Shown: positions 1 through 9,070, numbered from the stretch's first letter. The stretch is DNA of 64,000 nt from Nannocystales bacterium (GCA_050633305.1 JBOEGF010000063.1:1-64000), one strand, 5' to 3'. Numbers and translations are program-made. The notes: generated by a model from the letters alone, not told the origin.

Positions 1-498
1 ACCGACGTTGACGCTGAGATCCTGAAACTCTCTGAGGGAAAGAGATACGCGGCCCCCGTCGGGAAGCTCCGCTGTTTCTACGGCATCGACACAACGACGG
101 CGATGACCATCGCGACGGAGTTGCACGGCAACATGGCCCGCTTCCCCTCGGCGCCGCAGCTCATGTCCTACATCGGCGTCGTTCCGAGCGAATACTCGAG
201 CTCGGATAGGACGCGGCGAGGTGCGATCACGAAGACCGGGAACGCTCATCTACGACGAGTCCTCGTCGAGGCCGCGTGGCACTACCGACATCGCCCCGCG
301 GTCGGCAAGAAACTCGTCGAGCGTCGTCTCGGACAGCCGACTTCCGCGATCCGGATCGCAGACAAGGCGCACCACAGACTCCACCGCCGCTATCGGCGGA
401 TGACGGAGGCAGGAAAGCCGGCCAACAAGGCCGTTGTGGCGGTTGCAAGGGAGCTCGCCGGTTTCATCTGGGCGGCGTTGAAAGAGGACGCGGCCTAG
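1..498 (+). CDS. IS110-family transposase/recombinase, C-terminal part (5' end outside window)
   Basis: Frame open from base 1; motifs FYGIDTTTAMTIATE, RFPSAPQLMSYIGVVPSEYSS, ITKTGNAHLRRVLVEAAW match the IS110 C-terminal domain. Confidence 0.93.
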   Translation, partial: TDVDAEILKLSEGKRYAAPVGKLRCFYGIDTTTAMTIATELHGNMARFPSAPQLMSYIGVVPSEYSSSDRTRRGAITKTGNAHLRRVLVEAAWHYRHRPAVGKKLVERRLGQPTSAIRIADKAHHRLHRRYRRMTEAGKPANKAVVAVARELAGFIWAALKEDAA

Positions 499-787
499 GG
501 TTTTGGGTTCGAGAACCGAAGCTGAGGGACGAGTGGGCACGAACGGAAAACCCGCGACGCTAGCTATGCGAACAGCCGTCTTTGACGCCTGTACTCGCGA
601 TTCTAGACAGCGGCACTTCCAGGCGAAGCACGGTCATGCGGCGCTGCGACGGACTTCCGTCGTAATCCGCGAATATCAGAGTGACTCGTCGTCGAAGAGA
701 CCCATCTCGTCCCTCGCCTTCGGGGCTCGAGCCGACCCTGTCCCAGCCCCCGAACAACGAGGTTGACAGGGGGTCGTTCCATATCAG
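499..787 (+). ncRNA. Candidate bridge/seek RNA region in the IS110 right end
   Basis: 289-bp non-coding end; internal ATATCAG (673-679) repeats the element terminus (781-787); known location of guide RNAs in IS110 elements with long right ends. Confidence 0.6.
763..768 (+). promoter_or_regulatory. Outward-facing -35 hexamer (candidate circle-junction promoter)
   Basis: Perfect TTGACA about 20 bp from the element end. Confidence 0.6.
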
Positions 788-1750
788 CTAGGGCTCGGGA
801 GCGATGGCAGGGTCGACCCCGTCTCCCGAAGGCTCGAGCCACGCCAACACAACCTCGACGTCACGTTCACTCTCCTGCACGAGAACTTGAAATCGTCGGG
901 TCTCGGGCGGATCCAAGGGGGGTTGATAAAGCTCCTCCACAGCGCCGATCGGCGTCGAGTGCCGTCCCGAGACCAAGACCCTTACGTCTGCGCCGTCGAT
1001 CCGGAGCGCCGTCTCGATGAAAATCGACCTCGGATGACGAGGAAGCAGCGCAGACTTCATCATCTCTTCCGTCGTGCGCGGGGGAACGAAGACGAAGGTC
1101 ATCTCGTGGACTCCGACCGAGGATTGCGGCCGGGAAAATGGGATGTCGACCCCGACCAGCGCTGCGCCCTTCACCGGAAGGGAGGCCGCCAGAGCCCGCG
1201 CGATTTCACGATTGGAAGCCGGCGCTGTGCTTGAAACCCAGCACAACGGCGAGTCGCCGCAAGGCTCGTAGGAACGACCGGACGGGCCGTCGATGTCGCG
1301 GATGAACAGGCCCTCAGGCACATCGCACGGGCGTGCAGCGCTCCGTTCGAAGGGCGTGCGCTCGAACAAGACAAAGGGCCGGTCAGGCTCGATCATCGCG
1401 TTGATCGGGTGCAGGCGGCCACCGTGCTGCCATGCGAGGGTCGCCGCGGGCGGACCGTGGAACGTGTGCAGCACGTCGAAGACGGTTGTCGTACCGACCG
1501 CGGCCTCGGTCGTTCGGACCAGATGGATCTGCGCCATCGTGGACGCGAGACCTAGGGAGTCATCTCGGAACGGGTTCAGTTGCGCAACAACGGGTTGCTG
1601 GAAGCGACAGCTGTCGTATTTGGGATCGTCATCCACCACGATCGCTTCGGGCTTCGGCCTCGGCGGCGCTTCCTTGTGTGGAGTCGAAGCCGGTGCACAT
1701 CCAATGACGGCGGCGAGGTAGGTGGCAAGATGCATGGCCGTTCGATTCAT
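788..1750 (-). CDS. Hypothetical lipoprotein, paralog of 6047..7009
   Basis: 320 aa, lipobox-like AAVIGC; shares blocks such as LVRTTEAAVGTTT and LHPIN-MIEP with the paralog. Confidence 0.8.
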   Translation of the reverse strand: MNRTAMHLATYLAAVIGCAPASTPHKEAPPRPKPEAIVVDDDPKYDSCRFQQPVVAQLNPFRDDSLGLASTMAQIHLVRTTEAAVGTTTVFDVLHTFHGPPAATLAWQHGGRLHPINAMIEPDRPFVLFERTPFERSAARPCDVPEGLFIRDIDGPSGRSYEPCGDSPLCWVSSTAPASNREIARALAASLPVKGAALVGVDIPFSRPQSSVGVHEMTFVFVPPRTTEEMMKSALLPRHPRSIFIETALRIDGADVRVLVSGRHSTPIGAVEELYQPPLDPPETRRFQVLVQESERDVEVVLAWLEPSGDGVDPAIAPEP

Positions 1751-1869
1751 CGTGCGTCCGCGGACTCCGACAACAATCTAGCAGTCGAGCGGACCGGCGC
1801 AGAACGCGCCTTCAACCTGAGTCCAATGCTCCCGGCTGATTTTCAATCGGGAACGTTTCGTTCTTGCTG

Positions 1870-1941
1870 TGCGCCCGCTGCAGTGGGCGCATGAAGGTCA
1901 CGCGCTTCGTCACGACGCCGGAGGACATCGCGGCCGAACTC
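1870..1941 (+). pseudogene. Remnant of IS91-type transposase C-terminal Zn ribbon
   Basis: Translates CARCSGRMKVTRFVTTPEDIAAEL, similar to CQRCQGPMRVVRAVSSPDEIAEAL in 4562..5923; ends exactly at the 38-bp repeat. Confidence 0.55.
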
Positions 1942-2277
1942 AGGGTGCCAGGCCTTTTCGTCCAGAAATACACGCTAAGGCTCGGCGGCGATCGGGGATA
2001 ACCGCCGCCAGGCTATCCACGAAGGGCTCCAGCGCATGGTCTTCGGCCCGCGTCGACGAGCGGTTTAAACAAGGTCGTGGCGCGCGATCGGGCTGCCGAC
2101 GACGGGCCCGACTTGCACAACTGTACGTTTTCGCAACGACTCGCCCGGCCTCCGGGTTTCAACGGCTTACGCGTTGCAGAACCGTGTTGCGCAGTCGAGG
2201 TCGAGAGCAACGGGTTTTTGCACGTCTCGCCGCAGACCGCTTAGCGTGTATTTCTACGCGACCCGGCCTGGCACCCT
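1942..2277. mobile_element. MITE-like unit bounded by 38-bp inverted repeats
   Basis: 1942-1979 and reverse complement of 2240-2277 match at 32/38 positions; no convincing ORF inside, no target duplication seen. Confidence 0.6.
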
Positions 2278-2613
2278 TATATGAGAGCTGCAATCTGCCT
2301 GGCACCCTGCTGTGGGCGGTCAGGCCGAGCGCTTCGGTTCGAGCCTTGGCGTGGAGGCCAGTCTTGACCCCTGGCCAAAAAACCCGGTGCGGCGGACCGC
2401 CGGAAGGCCGGAAACGGGGAACTCGGCGTGCAGGAGGGTCGTTTCGAGCCTCTCGCGAGGGGGCCAAAACGGAGCTTTTTGCCCGCTCGTGTAGGGAACC
2501 TGGCGCCACTTAGCGCCGTCCACCGTTCCGATGTTCCCCATGCCCCAACCCTGTCTCATTTTCGTTGACACGTACCGCATCGGAGCGAAGCTGCTGAGCT
2601 GAGCGCACGCTGC

Positions 2614-2877
2614 CTACCGTTCTTCAGCCGCGGCTGCGGCTCGCCGACAGCCGCGCTCTCGGGTGCGTTCAACAACCTGTTCAAGATCTTCGTAGGGCTC
2701 GGCTCCCCCTTCGAGTCCGTCGAGCGCCCGTTCGTATCGTTTCCACAGCGAGTCCGCATCAGCCGAACGAGCGTATGCCTCCGCGAAACAGCCCAAATCA
2801 CCAACGTACTTCGGACCGCGGACCTGCCAAAACGTGAACCCGAGCGAGTCGACGAGCTTGAATCGAGCTTGGTCCTT
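2614..2877 (-). pseudogene. 3' fragment of an unknown gene truncated by an IS3-type end
   Basis: Protein-like frame (KDQARFKLVDSLGFTFWQ...) whose 5' part runs into IS sequence. Confidence 0.4.
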
Positions 2878-2928
2878 TGGAATTGCCCCGAAAAAGTGGA
2901 CGGTTTTCAGGCGGCGATTCTCGCGGCT
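2878..2928 (-). mobile_element. Right-end remnant of a second IS3-family element
   Basis: TGGAATTGCCCCGAAAAAGTGGACGGTTTT resembles the neighbouring IS3 IR and is followed by a minus-strand Ala-Ala-stop. Confidence 0.55.
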
Positions 2929-2979
2929 TGATCGGGTCCCAAAATCTGGACAGTTTGAAGCTTCCTTTTTCAACGTCGA

Positions 2980-3819
2980 TCACGCGCTCTCCCTGAGCAG
3001 GTCGGCGATGAACTGGGCTGGGGCGAGACCACCTAAACCAGAGTGCGGTCTGGCTTTGTTGTAGTCAACGCGCCATTCTTCGATCGTCTCGCACGCGTCC
3101 TCGAGCGACGTGAACATTGAGACCGCCAGGCACTCGTCACGGAGCTTGCCGTTGAAGCTCTCGATGAAGCCGTTCTCTGTCGGCCGTCCTGGCGGGATGA
3201 AGTCGAGTCGAATTCGGCGCGCGTACGCCCACGTCTCGAACACGAGCGACGTGAATTCTGTTCCGTTGTCGAGCCTGATCACGGAGGGCTTTCCGGCGGC
3301 CGCGATCGCGTTGTCCAGAGCATCGACGACCGCTCGTGCGGGCAGTCGGGCGGCGACCTTGATGGTTGGGCAAAGCCGCGTGAAGTTGTCGACGATCGTC
3401 AACGCCCGAAACCTTCGACCGTCGTCGACCTCGTCGCTGACGAAGTCGATGCTCCAACATTCGTTCGGTGCGTTGGCGGGCGCCGGTGTCACGCGTACCC
3501 TTGGCGCCAGCTTTCTTCGCTTCCGAACCCGCAGATTCAGGCCTTCAAGTCGATACAGGCGATCCACTCGCTTCACGCCAACCAACCATCCTTCGCGCCG
3601 CAGCAGAATGTGGAGCCTTCGATATCCGAACCTCGGGCGCAGCTCCGCCAGCTCGCGGAGCCGCCGCGTCAAGGCCTCCTGCGGGTCCTTGACGCTGCGA
3701 GTGTAGTAGGTGCTTCGCTGGAGCTCGAACAGCCTGCACGCGCGCTGGATGCTGATCGGGTACCGACCCCGACTCTTGTTCACCAGCTCGCGCTTGCGCG
3801 CAGGCGTCAGAGCTTTTTT
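2980..3819 (-). CDS. IS3 OrfB, DDE integrase domain (expressed by -1 frameshift)
   Basis: WSIDF, DNGTEF, IESFNGKLRDECL, YNKARPHSGL motifs. Confidence 0.93.
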   Translation of the reverse strand, partial: KKALTPARKRELVNKSRGRYPISIQRACRLFELQRSTYYTRSVKDPQEALTRRLRELAELRPRFGYRRLHILLRREGWLVGVKRVDRLYRLEGLNLRVRKRRKLAPRVRVTPAPANAPNECWSIDFVSDEVDDGRRFRALTIVDNFTRLCPTIKVAARLPARAVVDALDNAIAAAGKPSVIRLDNGTEFTSLVFETWAYARRIRLDFIPPGRPTENGFIESFNGKLRDECLAVSMFTSLEDACETIEEWRVDYNKARPHSGLGGLAPAQFIADLLRESA

Positions 3820-4088
3820 GCGAGCGCGTCCTTGAGGATCTGACGGTCCAAGCTCAAGTCCGCAACCAGCGTCTTGAGCTTGTTGTTCTCTTCCTTGAGC
3901 TGCCGCAACTCGCGGAGCTCGGTTGAGCTCATCCCCCCGAACTTCTTCCGCCAGTTGTAAAATGTCTTCGTCGAGATCCCGTACTTGCGGCAGAGTTCCC
4001 TGACCGGGATCCCGGCCTCCACCTGCTGAATCGCGAACGTGATCTGCTCCTCGCTGAACTTGGACCTCTTCATCTTCTGCTCCTCCAT
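3807..4088 (-). CDS. IS3 OrfA (HTH)
   Basis: MKRSKFSEEQI...ELCRKYGISTKTFYNWRKKFGG; start may be slightly downstream. Confidence 0.93.
   Translation of the reverse strand: MEEQKMKRSKFSEEQITFAIQQVEAGIPVRELCRKYGISTKTFYNWRKKFGGMSSTELRELRQLKEENNKLKTLVADLSLDRQILKDALAKKL
3813..3819 (-). promoter_or_regulatory. A6G programmed -1 frameshift site
   Basis: AAAAAAG in the orfA/orfB overlap. Confidence 0.85.
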
Positions 4089-4339
4089 TTTGCAAAATTC
4101 GGAAGCTCAAAACTGTCCAAAATTTCGGGAGCAGATCAGGCGTTCCGGGCGGGGCTCGAGGCAGCTCGGGCCGACGGGCGAATCGGGGGCTGGCCATACG
4201 AACTCAACCCCATCCGGCGCAAGGAGACGGCCAAGCAAAAAGGGTTCGTTCTGGAAAGAAGACCTCGGCCCAGGCTGCCCCGCCTCTTCGACGTCTACCC
4301 CTCCACGAGCAGCCGGATCATCGCTGCAGCGGACTGATC

Positions 4340-4377
4340 CTTAGAGTGCATTTTTACACGAAAAGGCCTGGCACCCT
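4340..4377 (-). repeat. Third copy of the 38-bp repeat
   Basis: Reverse complement matches 1942-1979 at 33/38 positions. Confidence 0.85.
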
Positions 4378-4561
4378 GAGACGAGTGACAGGCACGCGGG
4401 CGGTGCCCACCGGAGCCGCGCTGAGGACAGAACCGGGCGCGCCGAGGGCCGGATGGGCGTCTGAGGGACGCTCGAGGAGTTCCGTGGTGTGCCAATGCGC
4501 GTACGGACGTACGGATGCCGACGCGCTCGCGGTGAGCGAGGGCGTGATAGGGGGCCAGAGC

Positions 4562-5923
4562 TCAAGAGCTCAGGCCAGAAAACAACATCAGCTGTCCGCG
4601 AGGTGAGGGTCGCGGTGGGGGCCGAGCGGCATGCAGCGCTTCGGCTATTTCATCGGGGCTGCTCACCGCACGGACCACCCGCATCGGGCCCTGGCACCGC
4701 TGGCAAACCGAGACGTCGAACCGGAAGACCCGGGCGAGCAGGCTCATCCAGGAGAGCCGATGCGGCGCAACATCGAGCAGCTGTTTGTCGAGCGCGGGCC
4801 CGGTGTTGGCCGCGAGCTCGAGCTGGCCTTGCGGGACAAACAACGAGAGCTGCTTGGGCGGGATGTTCGTGGCCTCCGGCGTGGGGACGACGCGAGCGCG
4901 CAGGGCGTGCCGGGGCGCGAGAACGCCGTAGTACCGGACGGTGTGGGCACCCGGCGGAGGGACCAGGGCACACAGCCGAGCCAAGAAACGCTCCGGGCTC
5001 ATCTGGGCATAGGTGGCTCCATTTCGGCTGGGCTTCTTGAAGTGCACGCGGACCTGTCCGTCGGCGGTGCGCTGCACGGCACCCAGCGCAAACGGGGGAC
5101 GCAGCAGATAGCGACAGACGCGTTCGAGACGCTTTCGGTCGCGACCATCGACCCAGACGGCGGCATGAAGCTGCATACCGAAGCCCGAGACAAGCATCGG
5201 TTCGACGGCACAGGGCAGGGTGCGCGCGGGCCCCGGGCCAAGCCCGGATAACCCAAGCTGGACGCATGCCGCGACGCCATCCTCGGCCTCCTTCTCCAGC
5301 TTCCGCATTCTCAACCGAACGTCCGCGCGGCACTCGACAGCATCCATTCCCGGCGGAACCTCGAGGCGAAACGTATACGACTCGGGTTGGCAGCTGTTCG
5401 CATAGTAGCCGCCGCTCGGCCGGCGCGCGACCACAACGTCCCCGAACCGAAGCCGAACCGACGTCGCGCCCGGCCAACGTCGTGCGCATCGGACAAGTTT
5501 TGAGAGCACCGGGTTCGCCAGCGTGTACGCCAGCTTCTCGAGCACTGCGTTCCGGTCCAGAAGGTCAACGGCCGAGTAGGAACGCCCGGGTTCCCAGAAC
5601 CCACCCCACCGCCCGATCAGCGCGCTTGCGGCCTTTCCCAGCTCCGCGTCGAGCAGGCCCATAAAGCGCGGCCGCTCCCCATACGTGTCCGTGACGACCA
5701 AGTGCAGATGGTTGGACATCACCACCCACGCATGCACCTTCACCCGAGTCATCGAAACCGCTCGCGCCAGCGCGTATTCGAAGATCTGGTTCAACTCCGG
5801 CGATGGCCGCAGAAAAAACCTCCGCTCTGAGCATCGCCGGGTCAGCAAGTACGTTCGCCCCGGGTGTACGTGTCGAACCAGCACGACCTCCTGGTCGGCC
5901 ACAGCCCGGGATCGTTGCGGCAT
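4562..5923 (-). CDS. Chimeric HUH protein: Y1/RAYT-like N-terminal half fused to IS91-type transposase C-terminal half
   Basis: N half: YLLTRRC, MSNHLHLVV, YTLANPV; C half: LERVCRYLLRPP, HTVRYYGVLAP, CQRC. Confidence 0.8.
   Translation of the reverse strand: MPQRSRAVADQEVVLVRHVHPGRTYLLTRRCSERRFFLRPSPELNQIFEYALARAVSMTRVKVHAWVVMSNHLHLVVTDTYGERPRFMGLLDAELGKAASALIGRWGGFWEPGRSYSAVDLLDRNAVLEKLAYTLANPVLSKLVRCARRWPGATSVRLRFGDVVVARRPSGGYYANSCQPESYTFRLEVPPGMDAVECRADVRLRMRKLEKEAEDGVAACVQLGLSGLGPGPARTLPCAVEPMLVSGFGMQLHAAVWVDGRDRKRLERVCRYLLRPPFALGAVQRTADGQVRVHFKKPSRNGATYAQMSPERFLARLCALVPPPGAHTVRYYGVLAPRHALRARVVPTPEATNIPPKQLSLFVPQGQLELAANTGPALDKQLLDVAPHRLSWMSLLARVFRFDVSVCQRCQGPMRVVRAVSSPDEIAEALHAARPPPRPSPRGQLMLFSGLSS
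5230..5286. repeat. 57-bp direct repeat, copy 1
   Basis: Identical to 7238-7294. Confidence 0.95.
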
Positions 5924-6046
5924 TTCTCGTTCTACCTGTCCCCTCCGTACGTACGTCCCTGCCGCCGAGTTCGGCCTCGATGGCGCGCCTATCAGCCGGC
6001 CATCGGACGGGGAGTCTCGGGCGATTGAATCCGCCCTCGTCCCGGG

Positions 6047-7009
6047 TCACGATCCCTTTGACTCGAACCAGGTCGAGACGATCTTCATCTCGCCGTCCTG
6101 CTCCTGCGCGAGGGCTTGAAATCGTCGGCCCAGGACCGGTCCGCGTTCCCGGGCCTCCAATTGCTCGAAGAGCTCGGCTTCCTCCATCTCTCCGATCGGC
6201 GACGAATGCCGTCCAGAGAGCAGGACACGGGTGTCTGTGCCGTCGAGCCGAAGCGCGGTCACGATGGAGATCGACGTCATCGGACGGGGCAGCATCACCC
6301 CCCGCTTCATCTCTTCCTCCGAGGGTGGGGGATGGAAAAGGAAGGTCAGCTCGTCGACGCTGGCTGTGGCGGACGAGGATCCGTACCGTTTCAGTCCGAC
6401 GCGGATCGTGGTGGCACCACCGATCGGAAGGGAGGCCGCCAGGACCCGCGCAATTTCGCGGTTGGAAGCGTTCTCCACGTTCTCGAGCCTTGCGAGGGGG
6501 GAGCGGGTTCCAAACCCCTGTGAGCCATCGATGTCGCGGATGAAGGGGCCGACAGGAGGAACAGCGCATCCGATATGGATGACGCCTTCGGGGGGAGGAG
6601 CGAGTTCGAAGAGTGCGAAGATCCGGTGAGGCTCGATCATTTCGTTGATCGGGTGCAGGGCGCCGCCGTGCTCCCATTCGAGCCGCGTCGCTCGCGGACC
6701 CACGAACGTATGCAGTACGTCGAACGTAGTGGTTGTTCCGACCGCCGCTTCCGTCGTTCGGACCAGACGGATCTGCGTCATCAAGGACTCCAGATCGACC
6801 GGCTCAGTGGGCGAGCTCGGGAAGGCATACAAGGGGTGCCACGGCATCGACCGACCGTGGAACCCACAGGTGTCGTCCTCAACGACGATGGCCTGCTCAG
6901 TCGGGGCGGGAGAAGCTCGTTCTTCGGGGGCAGAGGACGTGCAGCCCACGAATGCCGCGATAGAGACACTGAGGTGCAGAGCCTTTCGTTCCGTCAAGCG
7001 TCCACGCAT
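6047..7009 (-). CDS. Hypothetical lipoprotein, paralog of 788..1750
   Basis: 320 aa, lipobox-like AAFVGC, colinear similarity to the paralog. Confidence 0.8.
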   Translation of the reverse strand: MRGRLTERKALHLSVSIAAFVGCTSSAPEERASPAPTEQAIVVEDDTCGFHGRSMPWHPLYAFPSSPTEPVDLESLMTQIRLVRTTEAAVGTTTTFDVLHTFVGPRATRLEWEHGGALHPINEMIEPHRIFALFELAPPPEGVIHIGCAVPPVGPFIRDIDGSQGFGTRSPLARLENVENASNREIARVLAASLPIGGATTIRVGLKRYGSSSATASVDELTFLFHPPPSEEEMKRGVMLPRPMTSISIVTALRLDGTDTRVLLSGRHSSPIGEMEEAELFEQLEARERGPVLGRRFQALAQEQDGEMKIVSTWFESKGS

Positions 7010-7070
7010 TGGTTCGGACAGGCTAGCAGCCGTGGCGAGGCACGTTCAACGAATGGTGACCGACATGGAG

Positions 7071-8054
7071 TCAGGCGTTTTTTTGTCGGTCGCGACGTCC
7101 TCGAGGTTCATCTGGACCTGATACGACCCAGGGAACCTCAGCTGCCGAGACCACCGACGACCCGACGACTGCCGAGAGCAGCTCTACCGGTGGTTCCCAG
7201 GGGTGCGATCCGTTTCCGATCGAGGACACCGCCTGCAGCCCCGGGCCAAGCCCGGATAACCCAAGCTGGACGCATGCCGCGACGCCATCCTCGGGCGGCT
7301 CTCCTTCGTCAAGGGCACACTCGGCGAGGTCCGCGTGCAGGCGCTGCAGCGTACTTAGAAGGTGGTCCGCAGCCAGCTGCTCGGTGGGCCAGAAGCGAAC
7401 CTCCTGCGCGTCGTCCTCGGGAGCCTCGAAGCAGCCATCGGTCACCAACGCGTGCAGGTGCACGAACAGACCCAGGTCACTGCGGAAGCGCTGCACTACG
7501 ATGACCATCCCCGGATGCAGTGTGTTGCTCGTGGCCAGAGCGTGCTCACGCTTGGTCTGTCGGCGCAGCGTCTGCTGCACCCGCTTGGCGAAGCGCTGGC
7601 ACACCAGCGCGAGCAAGCGCTTGTCGTAGCCCAGCCGCACGGCCATCGGCCCCTCGAACGACAGCACCCATTGCCGCCACGGCACGGCCGGGAGCCGATG
7701 CTCCACAAGCAGCGCCGCGCTCTCGCACATGCGTCGGCCCATGCACGACGGGCAGATCCCGCGGCTCTTGCACGCAAAGGGGACCCGCAGGGAATCCCCG
7801 CAGCGTCGGCACTGCGCCACCAAGAAGCCCTGCTCGAAATCCCCACACGTCGCGAACGCCTCGAGTTCGTCGCACACGAACGCAGGCAGTGAACCGGCGT
7901 GCATCTCGACCCGCTCGCGAAAGGAGGGCCAATGCTCGCGCACGATGGCCACAGCGTCGCAGTCCTGCGTGCTGCGAGGGACGTACCTCGCCCGTGCGTG
8001 ACACCCGAGCACCAACGGGGTCGATGCCGAAGGCGGGCCAGCCTCCGGTGCCAA
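7071..8054 (-). pseudogene. IS91/ISCR-type transposase N-terminal half (Zn-binding and HUH)
   Basis: CRRC, FACKSRGICPSC, RQWVLS, VHLHALVTDG; homology stops after the 57-bp repeat. Confidence 0.88.
7238..7294. repeat. 57-bp direct repeat, copy 2
   Basis: Identical to 5230-5286. Confidence 0.95.
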
Positions 8055-8309
8055 CGTTCACGGCGTGTTGGCGCTGTGCGTCGTGACCACGACGGCCCAT
8101 CCCCAGGCCGCACCCGGTCCGTCAGCAGGCCACCCTCCTCGGAAACTGAGGCGGCAACGGAGCTCGGTCCCCGCTCGTCGCACCTTCCAACGCCTCCATG
8201 AGAACCCGGTCGAACGCCCCCCGGCCTGCCTGACTCGGCGTGTCCGCGGCCGACGCTGGCGCTTTCGCTGCCTTTTCCCTCAGAGCGGGAGCAACCGCGA
8301 CCACCGACG

Positions 8310-8460
8310 ACCTGAACACCCGCCGTTTCAGAACCCCGGATTTCGGGCCTATCTTCCGCCCCGAGGCCCCCTACCCACCCATAGCAAAAACGCCGATAAT
8401 ATGTGCTATGTCCATTTGGGACATCATGCTCCCACGGCCCATAGGACAGCGTACCGCATG
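8310..8460 (+). repeat. Long diverged direct repeat, copy 1, with dif-like core at 8389-8416
   Basis: Aligns without gaps to 19033-19183; core AACGCCGATAA-TATGTG-CTATGTCCATT. Confidence 0.88.
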
Positions 8461-8533
8461 ACGACGGCAGTGCAACCTCCTCGGCCTGGACGCAAGGTCC
8501 GTCGCCGACACCAGCCGTAGCGAGCACATTTCA

Positions 8534-9070
8534 ATGAGCGCCACCATGAGGACGGAGAGCCCCACGATCCCCAAGGACCCAAGAGAAGTCCACGCGAACG
8601 GCGAAGCCGCTGGCGTACGGAGGTCGATACTCGAGGTTCTCCGAGCACGTCGCTTGTGGATCACGCCGTACATTGAAGACCGTGTCGCCTTCTGCGAAAG
8701 GCTCAAGACGCTCGACAACTGGCTCGCACGGGCACCAACTGCCGTCAGAGCCGAGGACATCTTCAACCCGACCTCCTACACCTCCAAGACCACGCTCGAA
8801 CAGATGCTGCAAGAGCGACTCGTCGAGCAACGGCTCGCCGACGAATACACAGGGCACCTGCAAGCCTACACGTGGTCGATCGCCGCAGCCCTTGTCTCCC
8901 GAGGCCTCTCCGTGTCAGAAGAAGTCCGAGACCGGATTGGGCGGTGCAAGAGCTTATCGCGCCTCGAACGCTGGCTTCGCAGGTCGGTCACTGTTGCTCG
9001 CACCGAGGACGTCTTCGTCCAGCGTCCTGAGCCAGCGGCGAGCTCACCCGCGACCCCTCCGCAGACCTAA
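8534..9070 (+). CDS. Hypothetical protein with two tandem Rpn/DUF4351-like C-terminal helical motifs
   Basis: ILEVLRARRL...LDNWLARAPT and LVSRGLSVSEEVRDRIGRC...LERWLRRSVT. Confidence 0.65.
   Translation: MSATMRTESPTIPKDPREVHANGEAAGVRRSILEVLRARRLWITPYIEDRVAFCERLKTLDNWLARAPTAVRAEDIFNPTSYTSKTTLEQMLQERLVEQRLADEYTGHLQAYTWSIAAALVSRGLSVSEEVRDRIGRCKSLSRLERWLRRSVTVARTEDVFVQRPEPAASSPATPPQT

Larger units (their letters stand above)
1..787 (+). mobile_element. IS110-family element, right portion
   Basis: Transposase followed by a long non-coding end terminating in TTGACA...TTCCATATCAG directly against the stop codon of the next gene; exact end inferred. Confidence 0.8.
2929..4138 (-). mobile_element. 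IS3-family insertion sequence (IS407-like), 1210 bp
   Basis: Imperfect terminal IRs TGATCTGCTCCCGAAATTTTGGACAG / TGATCGGGTCCCAAAATCTGGACAG; orfA and orfB present. Confidence 0.92.

Noticed and set aside
2551..2572. Possible isolated IS end (TGTCAACGAAAATGAGACA on the minus strand)
   Set aside because: No partner repeat or transposase found; family cannot be assigned.
2980..4197. Single 405-aa IS3 ORF as listed in the track
   Set aside because: Its start lies outside the element; OrfAB is made by the -1 frameshift at 3813-3819.
1942..4377. Autonomous Tn3-family transposon
   Set aside because: No Tn3 transposase, tips are AGGG not GGGG, and no 5-bp target duplication.
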